64,000 bases of DNA from Candidatus Marinacidobacterales bacterium (GTDB lineage: Bacteria > Acidobacteriota > Vicinamibacteria > Marinacidobacterales > DATDRI01): positions 832,001-896,000 of the forward strand of contig OZ244742.1 of the NCBI GenBank assembly GCA_965219415.1, given 5' to 3'. Each line of letters opens with the position of its first letter. Within the stretch, counting starts at the first letter, position 1. The position numbers and the translations under genes were made by a program. The notes below the pieces were generated by a model that did not search any database, was not told where the DNA came from, and worked only from the letters and a program-made list of their open reading frames with translations. This document shows positions 1 to 10,827 of the stretch, one piece after another.

Positions 1-257
1 AGGATTTCGGCCGTGGGGGATGTCACCCCTTTCCAGGAGCGCGACACTTCGAAAACGTAGCGATGGAAGGGAAGGCGTTGCGGTCCGTGTGCGATGCGCT
101 CCTCCACCGCCACGACTCCTTCGAAGACGACCGCGGCGGCCTCGAACGCTTCGCTGACGGTGGGTCGAGATGCGCAACTGCACGCTTCGATGAGTGCCTC
201 GCCGCCGAGAAACGCCAGCAGAGACATTGTGCTGATGAAGAGAAATGGGGAGCGCAT
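1..257 (-). CDS. Secreted TIMP-like (N-terminal CSC motif) protein, 3' part outside window
   Basis: Not in ORF track. Manual translation from ATG 257: MRSPFLFISTMSLLAFLGGEALIEA-CSCASRPTVSEAFEAAAVVFEGVV...YVFEVSRSWKGV. Signal peptide, then CSC, FxxAxxVFxGxV and YxFxVxxxWKG motifs of TIMP-like OB folds. Confidence 0.7.
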   Translation of the reverse strand, partial: MRSPFLFISTMSLLAFLGGEALIEACSCASRPTVSEAFEAAAVVFEGVVAVEERIAHGPQRLPFHRYVFEVSRSWKGVTSPTAEI

Positions 258-451
258 TCAACCAAGCTCCTTTCTGGTGAGACGTACCTACTTCCACGGG
301 CAAGCGTCCGCGGGTCGAAGCGTCGTAGATTAAGAAGGGATGATTGAGAATATTGTCTCACCATTGGGTCAGGACTGCCAGTGAATCCCGGCTTGTTCTC
401 GTAGCGGGCGGGCCATGCTACAATCGAGTCACACTGAAGAATTAGAAACAT

Positions 452-2144
452 TTGGGCGCGGGCGGATCATCGCGCTCTTCGATTCCGATCTCCAAGATCT
501 CACTCGAACGGAGAGGCGGCTACGGCTTTTGTCCGGTGTACAAGGTGACGTTCCACAAGCGGGGAGCGGCGGTGTACGAGGGTAAGAAGTACGTGGAGAG
601 AGAGGGTGAATATCTGGGAAGGATCAGCGTTCGGGAATACGGGAGACTCTGTCATCTGCTGCAGAAGATGGACATCAAGAGCTTCGAGGACTCCTACCAC
701 TCGCCAGAGTTCCACGGGACGAGCGTCGTTACTCGCGTATCGATGGAGGGCGGGGAAGAGAAAGTCATTCTTGACTACGGTCAGTGGGCGCCCGTCGATC
801 TATGGTCGCTTCAAAAGACGATTGACGCGATTAGCAACGATATCGAGTGGAAAGCGGTCGACGAGTCCTCGCTCATGACCGCCCTCGAGCTTGGCCATGC
901 CGGGCAGGTCCAGGATTTGATTGCCCAGGGCGCTGCGGTCAACGAGGCCTTCGAAAACGGTGGGACGCCACTCATGGTTGCGGCGCTCGAGGGTAACGCG
1001 AGCCCCGTGCGCGTCTTACTCGATGCCGGCGCCGATCCGACGGCAGAGATGGAAGGTTTGGGGAACGTCTTACTGCTGGCGGCCTTGGGGGGAGATGCCG
1101 AAACGACCCACGCCATACTCGATGCGGGTGGAGAACCTCCCGCCGAAACAAGACACGGTGTCACGGTTCTGATGGCGGCGGCAATGCACGGTCATAAAGA
1201 GATGTTGCCGACACTGCTCGCTCAAGGCGAGGACGCGAACGTGCGGGTCGCGCAAGAAATGTTCGACGTCGAGCCCGGGTGGACCGCTCTCATGCTTGCC
1301 GCCGAGGGGGGCCATGCGGAGTTCGTAGAGTCCTTGCTGAAGGTGGGCGCCGCCGCCAATACCAGCAGCGAGACGGGGGCCACGGCTCTGATCGCGGCAG
1401 CTTCCCAACCTCGCAGCGGCACCGTACGTCACCTGCTAGCCGCCGGCGCGGATGTGAACGCCCGGACTCGAACCGGCAAGACGGCGCTGATGACGGCCGC
1501 AGAAATCGGTCACCGAGAAATCGCGGACCTTTTCCTCGAGGCGGGCGCAGAGGTGAACGCCAAGGACCGAGGATGACGAAACTGCGCTGACATTCGCAGC
1601 GCTAAATCGTCACGTCGAGATTGTGCAGCTGCTGCTCAAGGCAAAGGCGGAGGTCAACCCGGAGGGTAAGTTGACCCCCTTGCTGTCCGCGGCAATGGGT
1701 GGGGATCTGCGAGTTGTCGAGACATTACTCGTGAAGGGTGCAGCGATGAACGGTGAGACCTCATTGGGCGGAACCGCTCTGATGGGCGCCGCGGCGAGCG
1801 GCTACCCCGATGTCGTCCGTTTACTTCTAAGCAAAGGGGCGGACGTGAATGCGCGAGACCAGAACGGTCACACACCGCTGACCGTGTCGGCCAGGGGCAA
1901 TCCGGAGGTTGTCAGTGTCTTGCTGGAACATGGCGCATCCGTCAAAGCAAGACTTGAAGGTGGCCTCACTCCATCAATACTCGCGGTAGGAGCCGGCTCG
2001 ACGGAAACGGCACGTCTTCTAGTACAGAGCGGTGCCGATCCCACTATCACGGCAGACGACGGCCGTTCCGCTCTCAAGATCGCGACTCAAATGGGCAACG
2101 ACGAAATGGTGGAACTGCTAAAGAAGGCCTACTCGAAGGAGTAG
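452..2144 (+). CDS. DUF6438-like N-terminal domain + ankyrin-repeat protein, split by a +1 frameshift near 1567
   Basis: ORF 452-1576 has ISLER..CPVYKV..YEG and repeated GxTxLxxAA ankyrin motifs. Removing one C at 1567-1568 reads through as NAKD-EDDETALTFAALNRHVEIVQLLL into ORF 1623-2144, which carries more ankyrin repeats. Confidence 0.85.
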
Positions 2145-2193
2145 AGAATTTCGGGAACTTGCGCATCAAGCTGCGCAGAAGCCCGCGCGGCAC

Positions 2194-3288
2194 TCAATTC
2201 ACAAACCGACGCATCCTCACGTTCAGGATCAAACCGAAGCCGACGAGCGTGGTCATCATCGACGATCCGCCATAGCTCACCAACGGCAACGGAAACCCCT
2301 TAATGGGTACTAATCCTCCCACCATAGCCATGTTGTAGAGCGCTTGGAAAACGAACATGGCCAAGATCCCGGCGACCAAATAGATTCCCAACCGATCCCG
2401 TGCTCGGCGACCCGCGTCGAGGCAACGAAGTGTGATCATCAAATAGAGAAGGACCACTGCAACGACCCCAACGAACCCGAACTCCTCCCCGATGACCGCG
2501 AACACGAAATCGGTGTGGGGAGCGGGCAAGAATTGTAGCTGGCTCTGCGAGCCCTTCAGCCAACCCTTGCCGGCCAGTCCGCCCGAACCCACCGAGATCG
2601 TCGATTGGATACTTTGATAGCCAGCCCCTCGTGGATCGAGGTTCGGATCTAGGAACGCCAGTACTCGCTCCTTCTGGTAGTCCTTGAGAACGAAGCTCCA
2701 ACCGAGAGGAAGAGCCAGGGCGAAGATGACCGAGGCCACCAGCACCAGTCGACCTCGCAGTCCGGCGAGAAGACAAAGGACTGCGTAGGCAAAGACCAGG
2801 GTGGCGGCTGTCCCGAGGTCCGGTTGCAAAATGACCAGAAGCGTCGGCACACCGACCAACGCGCCGGTGATGGCCACCTCCGCCGTACCCAACCGGTTCT
2901 TGCGCACCGCCGCAAAGTACTTCGCCAGCAAAGCCACCGCGGCGAGCTTCGCAAGCTCACCGGAATGCATTGTAAAAGCGCCGAGCTCGAGCCAGCGATT
3001 CGTTCCGGCACGCAACGACCCGAAGAAAAGCAAATACAGCAGAAGGCCGGTGACGACGACGTAGAAGAGCTCCGCGTGGTCCAGAAGAGAATGGTAATCG
3101 ATGGCCAGGACGAGCAACATCAAAACCAAACCCAGCACGGTCCAAAGAATCTGCCGCTTGTAGTAGTCCGGAGTTGGCCCTCCCTGCGTGGCGCTATAGA
3201 TGATCGCCACACCCAGTCCTGCGGCTAGAAGAAGCCCCAGGACCAGCAGCCAATCAATTCCGAACCAAAAGCGCCTGTCGAGCATCAT
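2194..3288 (-). CDS. rodA: Rod shape-determining SEDS protein RodA
   Basis: Polytopic membrane protein with QPDLGT, GSGG, HTDF and SYGGSS motifs; follows mrdA; likely start MMLDRR at 3288. Confidence 0.95.
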   Translation of the reverse strand: MMLDRRFWFGIDWLLVLGLLLAAGLGVAIIYSATQGGPTPDYYKRQILWTVLGLVLMLLVLAIDYHSLLDHAELFYVVVTGLLLYLLFFGSLRAGTNRWLELGAFTMHSGELAKLAAVALLAKYFAAVRKNRLGTAEVAITGALVGVPTLLVILQPDLGTAATLVFAYAVLCLLAGLRGRLVLVASVIFALALPLGWSFVLKDYQKERVLAFLDPNLDPRGAGYQSIQSTISVGSGGLAGKGWLKGSQSQLQFLPAPHTDFVFAVIGEEFGFVGVVAVVLLYLMITLRCLDAGRRARDRLGIYLVAGILAMFVFQALYNMAMVGGLVPIKGFPLPLVSYGGSSMMTTLVGFGLILNVRMRRFVN

Positions 3289-5113
3289 CGGCTTCGCGCC
3301 CTTTTTTTCCCTCGAAATAGGCTTGGAAGATCTTCTGAGCAATGGGAGCCGCCGCACGACCCCCCTGCCCACCGTGCTCTACCAAGACAGCTAGTGCGAG
3401 CTCGGGATTCTCGCGGGGAGCGTATCCGACGAACCAGGCGTGGTTTCTAAGGTGCTCGGGACGATCTTCATCCTTACGCTCAGTCAGGTTCGACATCGAG
3501 GCAACTTGCGCCGTCCCGGTCTTTCCAGAGACGGCCACGCCTTGCACGCGGGCTCGCCATCCCGTTCCACTCTCGTTGACGACGCCCCACATCGCTTGCT
3601 GCAGGACGCGCCAAGTCGAATCATGAAGCGCCATGCGCCGGATGGGCTCTCCGACCGCGGTGGGAGGAGCCGGCTCGGCGACCGTCCCGGCCGGAAGGGG
3701 TCGCAAAAAAACGTGTGGTCTGAAGACTTCTCCCGAGCTCCCAATGATGGCGGCTATCTGAGCCATCTGCATTGCAGTCACCAGCACCGAGCCTTGCCCC
3801 ACCGAGACCGAGACGGTCTCACCCGCGTACCACGGCTCCTTCCGCGCGCGGCGCTTCCACTCCGGACCCGGCACCAAGCCCGACACTTCGAAAGGCAAGT
3901 CGATACCGGTTGCACTCCCGAGACCGAAAGAGCGAGCGTAGCGGGCGATGGCCTCGATCTCGAGCTCCACCCCGACTTGGTAAAAATAGGAATTACACGA
4001 TTGCACCAGAGCCTGATGGAGGTTCACGAACCCATGACCTGAAGCCCAATGACAGGGGAACCATTTGCGATAGAGTCGTACCCCGCCGCCGCAGTAAAGG
4101 CGCGTTGCAGGAGAGATCTTCTCTTCTTCGAGCGCCGCCGCCGCGACGATCAACTTGAAGACCGAGCCCGGCGCATAGCGACCTTGGAGCGCGCGGTTTT
4201 GGAGACGGTGATCCTCGTCATTCATCAACGCCTGCCATGCGTCACCGTCGAAACGCCCGGAGAAAACGTTAGGGTCGAAGGAGGGCGAACTGGCGAGCGC
4301 TATCACCTCACCGTTGCGCGGATCGAGCACGACCGCTGCTCCCGCTTTGTCTTCGAATTCTTTCTCGGTCAACCGCTGGAGCTCAAGGTCCAGGGAGAGC
4401 TGAACGGAGTTGCCCCAGGTCGGCGGTCTCTCTTCGAGAGTCCTTTCTCGCCTTCCGTGGCTATTCACTACGACCACCTGGACTCCGTTTTGGCCCATGA
4501 GTTTTAGGTTGTAGCCAAATTCGATTCCCGACTGCCCCACGTACTCGTTGGCGATCGCCCCTTCGAAACGAGCCTGAGCGAGCTGAGCCTCGGTAATCCT
4601 GCCGACGTATCCGAGTGCATGGGCGCCGAGGCTGCCCAGCGGGTAGAACCGCCGCGGAACGAATTGAATCCTCGCACCAGGAAGCTCGAGCTGGCGGGAC
4701 TCCACCAACGCCACCTCTTCCAGAGGGATATCTTCTTTGACCAAGGCGGGTGTGGCGCCGGACATCCGTTTGCGCTGCTTCGCCAACTCCTCGAGCTCCG
4801 AGTCGGAGAACGACAAGAGCGCGAGTAGATCTGCCATTACCGCCTCGTCCCAATCCGTTTTCTCCATCGTGAGATTGAATGACGGTCGGTTCTCGGCAAG
4901 GATCTGACCAGAACGGTCGAGGATGAGCCCTCTCGGTGCATTCTCCGGAATCTGTCGCACGTGATTGGAGCGTGCCAACTCCTGATACATCGGGGCTCGA
5001 ACGATCTGGAGCTGCCAAAACCGAGCGCAAAGACCCACGAAGAGGGTGACTACCAGGATGCGCCACCACTTCAACCTCGACTGAAGCGGTCTCAGGTCTT
5101 CGTAGATATTCAC
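3254..5113 (-). CDS. mrdA: Penicillin-binding protein 2
   Basis: N-terminal TM, RGxIxDR, SVFK, SCN and KTGT transpeptidase motifs; mre operon context. Confidence 0.95.
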   Translation of the reverse strand: MNIYEDLRPLQSRLKWWRILVVTLFVGLCARFWQLQIVRAPMYQELARSNHVRQIPENAPRGLILDRSGQILAENRPSFNLTMEKTDWDEAVMADLLALLSFSDSELEELAKQRKRMSGATPALVKEDIPLEEVALVESRQLELPGARIQFVPRRFYPLGSLGAHALGYVGRITEAQLAQARFEGAIANEYVGQSGIEFGYNLKLMGQNGVQVVVVNSHGRRERTLEERPPTWGNSVQLSLDLELQRLTEKEFEDKAGAAVVLDPRNGEVIALASSPSFDPNVFSGRFDGDAWQALMNDEDHRLQNRALQGRYAPGSVFKLIVAAAALEEEKISPATRLYCGGGVRLYRKWFPCHWASGHGFVNLHQALVQSCNSYFYQVGVELEIEAIARYARSFGLGSATGIDLPFEVSGLVPGPEWKRRARKEPWYAGETVSVSVGQGSVLVTAMQMAQIAAIIGSSGEVFRPHVFLRPLPAGTVAEPAPPTAVGEPIRRMALHDSTWRVLQQAMWGVVNESGTGWRARVQGVAVSGKTGTAQVASMSNLTERKDEDRPEHLRNHAWFVGYAPRENPELALAVLVEHGGQGGRAAAPIAQKIFQAYFEGKKGREADDARQALLVRN

Positions 5114-5120
5114 AGGAGTT

Positions 5121-5594
5121 TCAGCGAGTCACGGTAAACCGGTCTACGGTGCTCAGTATCAGAGCGCCCATGAAACCATTCGTAGCACAAAGGTACAACA
5201 AATCGGCCGGCCCCCCAACCACGGTCGGTCGCTCCAGCACCTGACCGATGGCCGCCAGAATGGCGAGATCGACTGCCGTAGCCACGGCGAAAAAAACGAA
5301 ACGTCCGGCCCACCCGCGCACAACCAATCGGTGCCCCGCAATACCGGCGAGGTACCCCACCGTCGTTTTCGAAGCGCCGTTCAGTCCGAGCAAGCCACCG
5401 GAAAAAGCATCTTGAACCAAACCAGTGGCGGCGCCGGCGAACATTCCGGACTGCCGTCCGTGGATCAATCCGAAGGTCGCTGCCACGAGCAAGAACAAAT
5501 CCAAGTAGTCTCGGATGGGCCAGAAGTACCGGCCTCCGAGAGTCTGAACCAGGTAGGCGCCGACGAGGGCGAGAACGACCGCGAGCCCCTTCAC
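5121..5594 (-). CDS. mreD: Rod shape-determining protein MreD
   Basis: Hydrophobic 157-aa protein with GLxxD...G motif, between mreC and mrdA. Confidence 0.9.
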   Translation of the reverse strand: MKGLAVVLALVGAYLVQTLGGRYFWPIRDYLDLFLLVAATFGLIHGRQSGMFAGAATGLVQDAFSGGLLGLNGASKTTVGYLAGIAGHRLVVRGWAGRFVFFAVATAVDLAILAAIGQVLERPTVVGGPADLLYLCATNGFMGALILSTVDRFTVTR

Positions 5595-6430
5595 TCGACC
5601 TTCTTGGTCAATTCGAGATTCTGCCCGACCGGCTCGAGGATGAAGACCTCTTCTAACCGATTCAGGCTGGCTGCAGGTTCGACCGTGATGTCTTTGAACA
5701 AGCGGGGCCCGTTCGCGACGGAAGCCACACGCCCGATAACGATCCCCTTTGGGTAAAAGCCGTCGATCCCCGAGGTCACCACCAAGTCTCCCACCGCGAC
5801 GTCTTCGAGATTGCTCACGTACTTCAACTGAAGCTCGGCGCCTCCTTGGCCGGAAACAATGCCCCGGGTCCTAGTGCGGACCAAGAGCGACCCCACCGAG
5901 CAATCGCTATCTGATAGCAGCTGGACTTGCGCCACGTGTGGACCCACCGCGATAACCCGTCCGACCAACCCACCAGGGCCCACGACGGGCGCGTTGAGCT
6001 CGACACCGCGATCCTCCCCTCGATTAACAGTGATGGTACGGAACCAAGAGCTCGCATCCACGCCAGTCACTTCGGCAACCACCGACTCGAAGGGGAGACG
6101 TTCGGCCAGCTGCAGCACGCCGCTCAGCCGGTCGTAACGGGCTACCACCTCTCGCTCCATCCACAAGGCTTGTTCGAGTCGCGTGGCCTTTTCTCGAAGC
6201 TGGCGATTCTCCTCACGCACCGCTCTCAGGTCGACGTACCCGTACCACACCGAGCGAGCGCCGTTCACGATCGCCTCGCACGCACGTTGGAGCGGAGCGA
6301 AAACCGAGAGGATCGCGCTTTGGAGCGCAGAGTGTCCCTTGGGGGTAGTGACCTGAGACGATAGGAGCAGACCGTGGCCGACGATGAGGGCAATGAAAAC
6401 GACGTGGCCGCCCCGTCGGCGGATAGCCAT
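5591..6430 (-). CDS. mreC: Rod shape-determining protein MreC
   Basis: TM, coiled coil (ENxxLR), GLVGRV and TSGxDGxYPKG motifs; start 6430 or 6445. Confidence 0.93.
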   Translation of the reverse strand: MAIRRRGGHVVFIALIVGHGLLLSSQVTTPKGHSALQSAILSVFAPLQRACEAIVNGARSVWYGYVDLRAVREENRQLREKATRLEQALWMEREVVARYDRLSGVLQLAERLPFESVVAEVTGVDASSWFRTITVNRGEDRGVELNAPVVGPGGLVGRVIAVGPHVAQVQLLSDSDCSVGSLLVRTRTRGIVSGQGGAELQLKYVSNLEDVAVGDLVVTSGIDGFYPKGIVIGRVASVANGPRLFKDITVEPAASLNRLEEVFILEPVGQNLELTKKVE

Positions 6431-6507
6431 CCCGTTAGAGGCCACTGGTCTCTATCCCCCGCACCGTTTTGTTGCCGGCGCAGCCGGTGCTGCCGGGTAA
6501 CAGTTCC

Positions 6508-7533
6508 TCAATCCAGAGAGATCTTCCTAAGGAGCTTCAAATCGGCGAGCATTTTGCCCGTCCCCAGCACCACCGACGAGAGCGGGTCCTCGCTCGTCGA
6601 AACCGGAAGCCCGGTCTCCTCGCGGAGCCTCCGGTCGAGGTTCTTTAGCAGGGCCCCTCCTCCGGTCAGTACGATGCCGCGATCGACGATGTCTGCCGAA
6701 AGCTCGGGAGGCGTTCGCTCGAGCGCTACCCTCACCGCGTTCACGATGACCGCGAGCGTCTCTTCCAACGCCTCCCGTATCTCCTCATCCGTTACTACCA
6801 GCGTTTTCGGAACACCCTCGATCAGGTTCCGCCCTTTGATCTCCATGGTCATCGGCTTGTCCAATGGATAGGCGGACCCGATCTCGATCTTGACTTGCTC
6901 GGCGCTTCGTTCTCCGATGAGCAGGTTGTACTTCTTGCGGAGGTGCTTGATGACCGCCTCGTCCATTTCATTGCCGGCCACGCGCACCGAGCTGCTGTAG
7001 ACGATGCCGGCCATCGAAATAACGGCAATATCCGTTGTCCCGCCGCCGATATCGACGACCATGTTCCCCGACGGTTCGGTGACCGGAAGACCAGCCCCGA
7101 TGGCGGCCGCCATCGCTTGATCCACCAGGAAGACCTCGCTGGCCTTCGCACGCAAGGCACTGTCCTTCACCGCGCGTTTCTCGACCTGCGTGATCTCGGA
7201 AGGGATCCCGATCACGATCCTAGGTGCGACCCATACCTTTCGGTTGTGGGCCTTTTGAATGAAGTACGCCAGCATCTTCTCAGTGATCTCGAAGTCGGCG
7301 ATCACTCCGTCCTTCATCGGCCGAATCGCAGTGATATTGCCCGGCGTGCGACCGAGCATTTCCTTCGCTTCCCTACCGACCGCCTCGACTCTCCCAGTAA
7401 CCTGGTTAATGGCAACGATCGACGGCTCGGAGACTACGATTCCTTTACCTTGGATGAAGACCAGTGTGTTCGCCGTCCCGAGGTCGATGGCGAGCTCGTT
7501 AGAAAAAGCACTGAAAATAGAACGCAGATTCAT
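6508..7533 (-). CDS. mreB: Rod shape-determining actin-like protein MreB
   Basis: [17 protein letters not shown] and LTGGGALL motifs. Confidence 0.98.
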   Translation of the reverse strand: MNLRSIFSAFSNELAIDLGTANTLVFIQGKGIVVSEPSIVAINQVTGRVEAVGREAKEMLGRTPGNITAIRPMKDGVIADFEITEKMLAYFIQKAHNRKVWVAPRIVIGIPSEITQVEKRAVKDSALRAKASEVFLVDQAMAAAIGAGLPVTEPSGNMVVDIGGGTTDIAVISMAGIVYSSSVRVAGNEMDEAVIKHLRKKYNLLIGERSAEQVKIEIGSAYPLDKPMTMEIKGRNLIEGVPKTLVVTDEEIREALEETLAVIVNAVRVALERTPPELSADIVDRGIVLTGGGALLKNLDRRLREETGLPVSTSEDPLSSVVLGTGKMLADLKLLRKISLD

Positions 7534-7671
7534 CTTTGCCTTTCGGCAGTATTGAGTGGTTACCGAGTGCCTCGCCGGCCCGCTTCTCGGGTCTCAAGGC
7601 TGAGAGCTCACTGTGTCCGGCCGGATGAGGCAATCGACAAGTTTCACCAGCGGGCTAGAGGCTTAAGGATA

Positions 7672-9275
7672 TCACGGCTCGGTCGGGCTTCTAGCTACCG
7701 CAACTGCGTCTTTCCCCCTTTCTTTGACACTATACATGACCTGGTCTGCCTTTTGAATGAGATCCTGCGGCGTCCGGCCGCGCACGGGAAAACTGCTAAT
7801 CCCAAAGCTGGCGGACAGATGCACGGCGAGACCGAATTCTCCAAGGAACTCGTGCGCCTTGAGGCCCTCGCGAATGCGGCGGGCGATGGAGAGGGCTCCC
7901 TGGCCGTCGGTGTTCGGAAGCACCACCACGAACTCATCTCCCCCGTAGCGGCTCACAACGTCCTCTTCTCTGACCGCTTGCCTAAGAATCGAACCCACTT
8001 CGAACAGGGTCCGGCTCCCACACAGGTGTCCGTGCTGATCGTTGACCTCCTTGAACCCGTCGAGGTCTAGAAAAATCAACGCCAAGGACGTCCGTTCGCG
8101 GCTGGACCGCTCGATCTCTCTATCGAGGCAGGTGTTCAAGTAGTGGGAGTTGTAGAGTTTCGTAAGGTCATCGGTGATGGCCAATTTTTCAGCCCGTTGA
8201 AACAGGAGCGCGTTCTCTAAGGCGATGGCGGCCGGCTCGACCAACGTAAGAAGCAAATCGAGATCTTGTTTGGTGAATCGACTTCCCGAGGCGCGATTCA
8301 GGATCTCCACTACCCCAATGGTTGCACCCCTCGAAACTAGCGGGGCACAAAGAATGGAGCGCGTCTGGAACTGAGTTTGCGCGTCGTAACTCCCTTGAAA
8401 GCGAGTGTCGCTAGCGGCGTTGTTCACGATCGCCGGCTTGCCGGTCTCGGCCACCCAACCCGCAATGCCCTCCCCGATCTTCAGGCGAATGTCACTGAAG
8501 TCGTCTCCCTTCTCCCCCAACGCCATTTCGAAAGTGAGCTCTTTTTTCTTCTCGTCGACCAGCAAGATCGACCAAGCTTCGGAAGGTATGAGCCGTTGGA
8601 TATGGGACATGATCACTGCAACGACGCGCTGAGGTTCTAGCACCGAGTTGGCGGTGGCGACTATGTCTCCGAGCACCTGGAGGCGCCGGGTTGTTTCCCT
8701 CAGCCGCCGAGCAAGCAAGCCGGACTTCCGGCTCAAACGATGATGACGTTGCGCATCGCTCAGAATCAAGGGCAGAGATTCGGTCCTCGGTAGCTCCGTC
8801 AGGTGAAGGGATACGCCAGGTTGTTCCTTAGCCACCGGCGACGCCGATGACGCGTACGCTAGGATGGGGGTTTCGGGAACGGCCTTGCCCAGCCAGCGCA
8901 CTAGTTTTTCGTAGCTGCGAGATTGGTCCGACTGCTCGACGACGATAGCCTCGAAGCGCTCGCCCTTCTTCCAACTCTTGTGCGGTGAATCGACGCGACG
9001 CCGGTCCTTGCCGGTACCCAGGGCGAACCGAGAGATCTCGAAGGCCTCTACTTCGACCCCTTCGCCGGAAAGCACTGAAACGAGTCCCGCACTTCGGGGT
9101 TGGAGTAGAAGAGGGCCAGACGACGGGCGCTCGTTCGTTTGTCGGTATGGGCGCGGCCGTCCTCGGTAGCGGCGATATCGGAGGGCTTCTGTAGGGGTAC
9201 GACGAATCCTTGCCGAGCTCGAGGCTCGGATTTGACAAGCCGCCAGGAATCGGGCCTTGTGGCCTTCAAAGTCAC
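7672..9275 (-). CDS. GAF + GGDEF diguanylate cyclase, probable frameshift near 9075 in the N-terminal region
   Basis: ORF 7672-9075 has a GAF domain, TDDLT linker, RxxD I-site (REED) and GGDEF. ORF 9048-9275 (..RRLALFYSNPEVRDSFQ) joins it if one G is restored (CAG GTG CTT TCC). Confidence 0.85.
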
Positions 9276-9357
9276 TTCTTCCTAATTACTCGGTTGCTTG
9301 TTGCATTAATAATCAGGGGTAGCCGGGGGGAACCGGGATGGACTCTGGTGCCCCCGT

Positions 9358-10623
9358 TCAAGGCCCTTCGGAGCCGATGGTTACCTGAAAGACCTTCTCC
9401 GCAGTGCCCCCACTACGTTTGAACGCCTTCACGATGATCTCGTGACGACCGGGTCTTCCGATAATGAAATAGTGCTGAAAGGAACCATCGGGCCTAACCG
9501 ACACCCGCTCGTTGTTCACCGTTACTACAGCATCAGGATCGGTCGTTCCATTGAACGTTACGACGCCGTCGAGGGTTGCCGTCGGCGGGGCCACCAGAAG
9601 CTTTGGTGGTGTGTTGGTCCTCGCCCGCGAGCTAATAATGAACTTCGCGAAGTCGCTGTAGCCGCCCTGCCGTTCTTCGCCATCCTCAGCGCTGACTTTC
9701 CAATAGTAGGCGCCGGGCGCTAGCCCAGGGACGACTGCGCTCAGCCCTCGAACCTTGCTATCCCACAAGGGGTCGGAGAAGTTTGGCGTACGATCGAGCA
9801 GGACGTGGTATCGGTGAGCTCCGTCCACGCGGCCCCACTTCAGTTCGGTGTTCGAACGTGCCGGATCGCGGTGGACAATAGTCGAGAGATGGGCGGGCGA
9901 CGTGGCGGATGGGATCCCGGGCAGTCGGACTATTTCCGAGAACGTATTCTCCGCCGAAATTTCCACTTCCTCGCTAGAGCCGAGCTTCACGCTCTTACCG
10001 CCTGCCTCCAGATCCGTCGCACCTCGGAAGATGGTGAAACCGGACACTCGATTCGATTGATCGTACCGAACATCGGCAACCGTCCGCTCATCGAACCTCG
10101 CCTCGGTGTTCGGCGTTGCCAACTCGGAAATGGAACCTTCGACGTTCTTGGTCGGTGTCTGGAGATTCACCTGCCCTGCGGTCAACTTCACCGCAACGCG
10201 TCTTACGTTGGTGGCCGGGTCTTCGTGCGATTCTTCGATCACCAGAATCGTGTCCGGCTTCACCAGGTACTCCGTGCCATCGAAGAAACGAATGCGAGCC
10301 GTCGCCTTACTATTGGTCCTCACATGGTCATCCCGCGTAAGCGGGATTCCCATTCGTGCGTCGACCCACGCATAAGTCGCCGCCTTGCGAACGGTGACGT
10401 TTCCCGAGATTTCTATGAAACGAGCGCTGGTGTTGAGCGCAACCTCTGGTTCGGAGGCGGTCCCAATTTCGGGAGGCGCGTGGAAAACGAAGTAGTAAAA
10501 CGCGCCAGCACCGCCGAGCAGAAGAACGGCAGTGGCCAGCAACGAGTAGATGGTCCTGTGCCGGATGGTCACCCACTCCACGTGGATGCCGGGGCGGTCA
10601 TCGTACTGTCTTCGCTGCGACAT
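9358..10623 (-). CDS. Membrane-anchored FecR-domain protein with C-terminal FN3/Ig-like domains
   Basis: Single TM, FecR-like GxVxV..W..A..G..L...D.VRT...A.I.F.DG segment, beta-rich YYWKV and GTTDPDAVVTVN modules. Confidence 0.75.
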   Translation of the reverse strand: MSQRRQYDDRPGIHVEWVTIRHRTIYSLLATAVLLLGGAGAFYYFVFHAPPEIGTASEPEVALNTSARFIEISGNVTVRKAATYAWVDARMGIPLTRDDHVRTNSKATARIRFFDGTEYLVKPDTILVIEESHEDPATNVRRVAVKLTAGQVNLQTPTKNVEGSISELATPNTEARFDERTVADVRYDQSNRVSGFTIFRGATDLEAGGKSVKLGSSEEVEISAENTFSEIVRLPGIPSATSPAHLSTIVHRDPARSNTELKWGRVDGAHRYHVLLDRTPNFSDPLWDSKVRGLSAVVPGLAPGAYYWKVSAEDGEERQGGYSDFAKFIISSRARTNTPPKLLVAPPTATLDGVVTFNGTTDPDAVVTVNNERVSVRPDGSFQHYFIIGRPGRHEIIVKAFKRSGGTAEKVFQVTIGSEGP

Positions 10624-10827
10624 TTGAGCTTAAAGCTATACTGTACATGAGTTTAACATACCGCCGCTCACTTTTCAAAGCTTACTGGCGACATCCCGGA
10701 CGCCAATCCCGTTGAAAAAACGGGGGTTAAGGCTCCACCCTGGCCGACATCGCTTGGCAACGCCCCGTCGATCGAGCTTGATCGAGTCTGCACGATTCGT
10801 TAGCATTGTTGGTTTGGAGTCAACTAA

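Noticed and set aside
1574-1576. UGA in the ankyrin gene as selenocysteine
   Set aside because: The ankyrin pattern continues in a different frame and the same frame does not read on sensibly; a frameshift explains it.
6895-8070. 391-aa plus-strand ORF and similar long antisense ORFs (30430-31485, 52548-53378, 59225-60238)
   Set aside because: Shadows of real opposite-strand genes in GC-rich DNA; no recognisable motifs.
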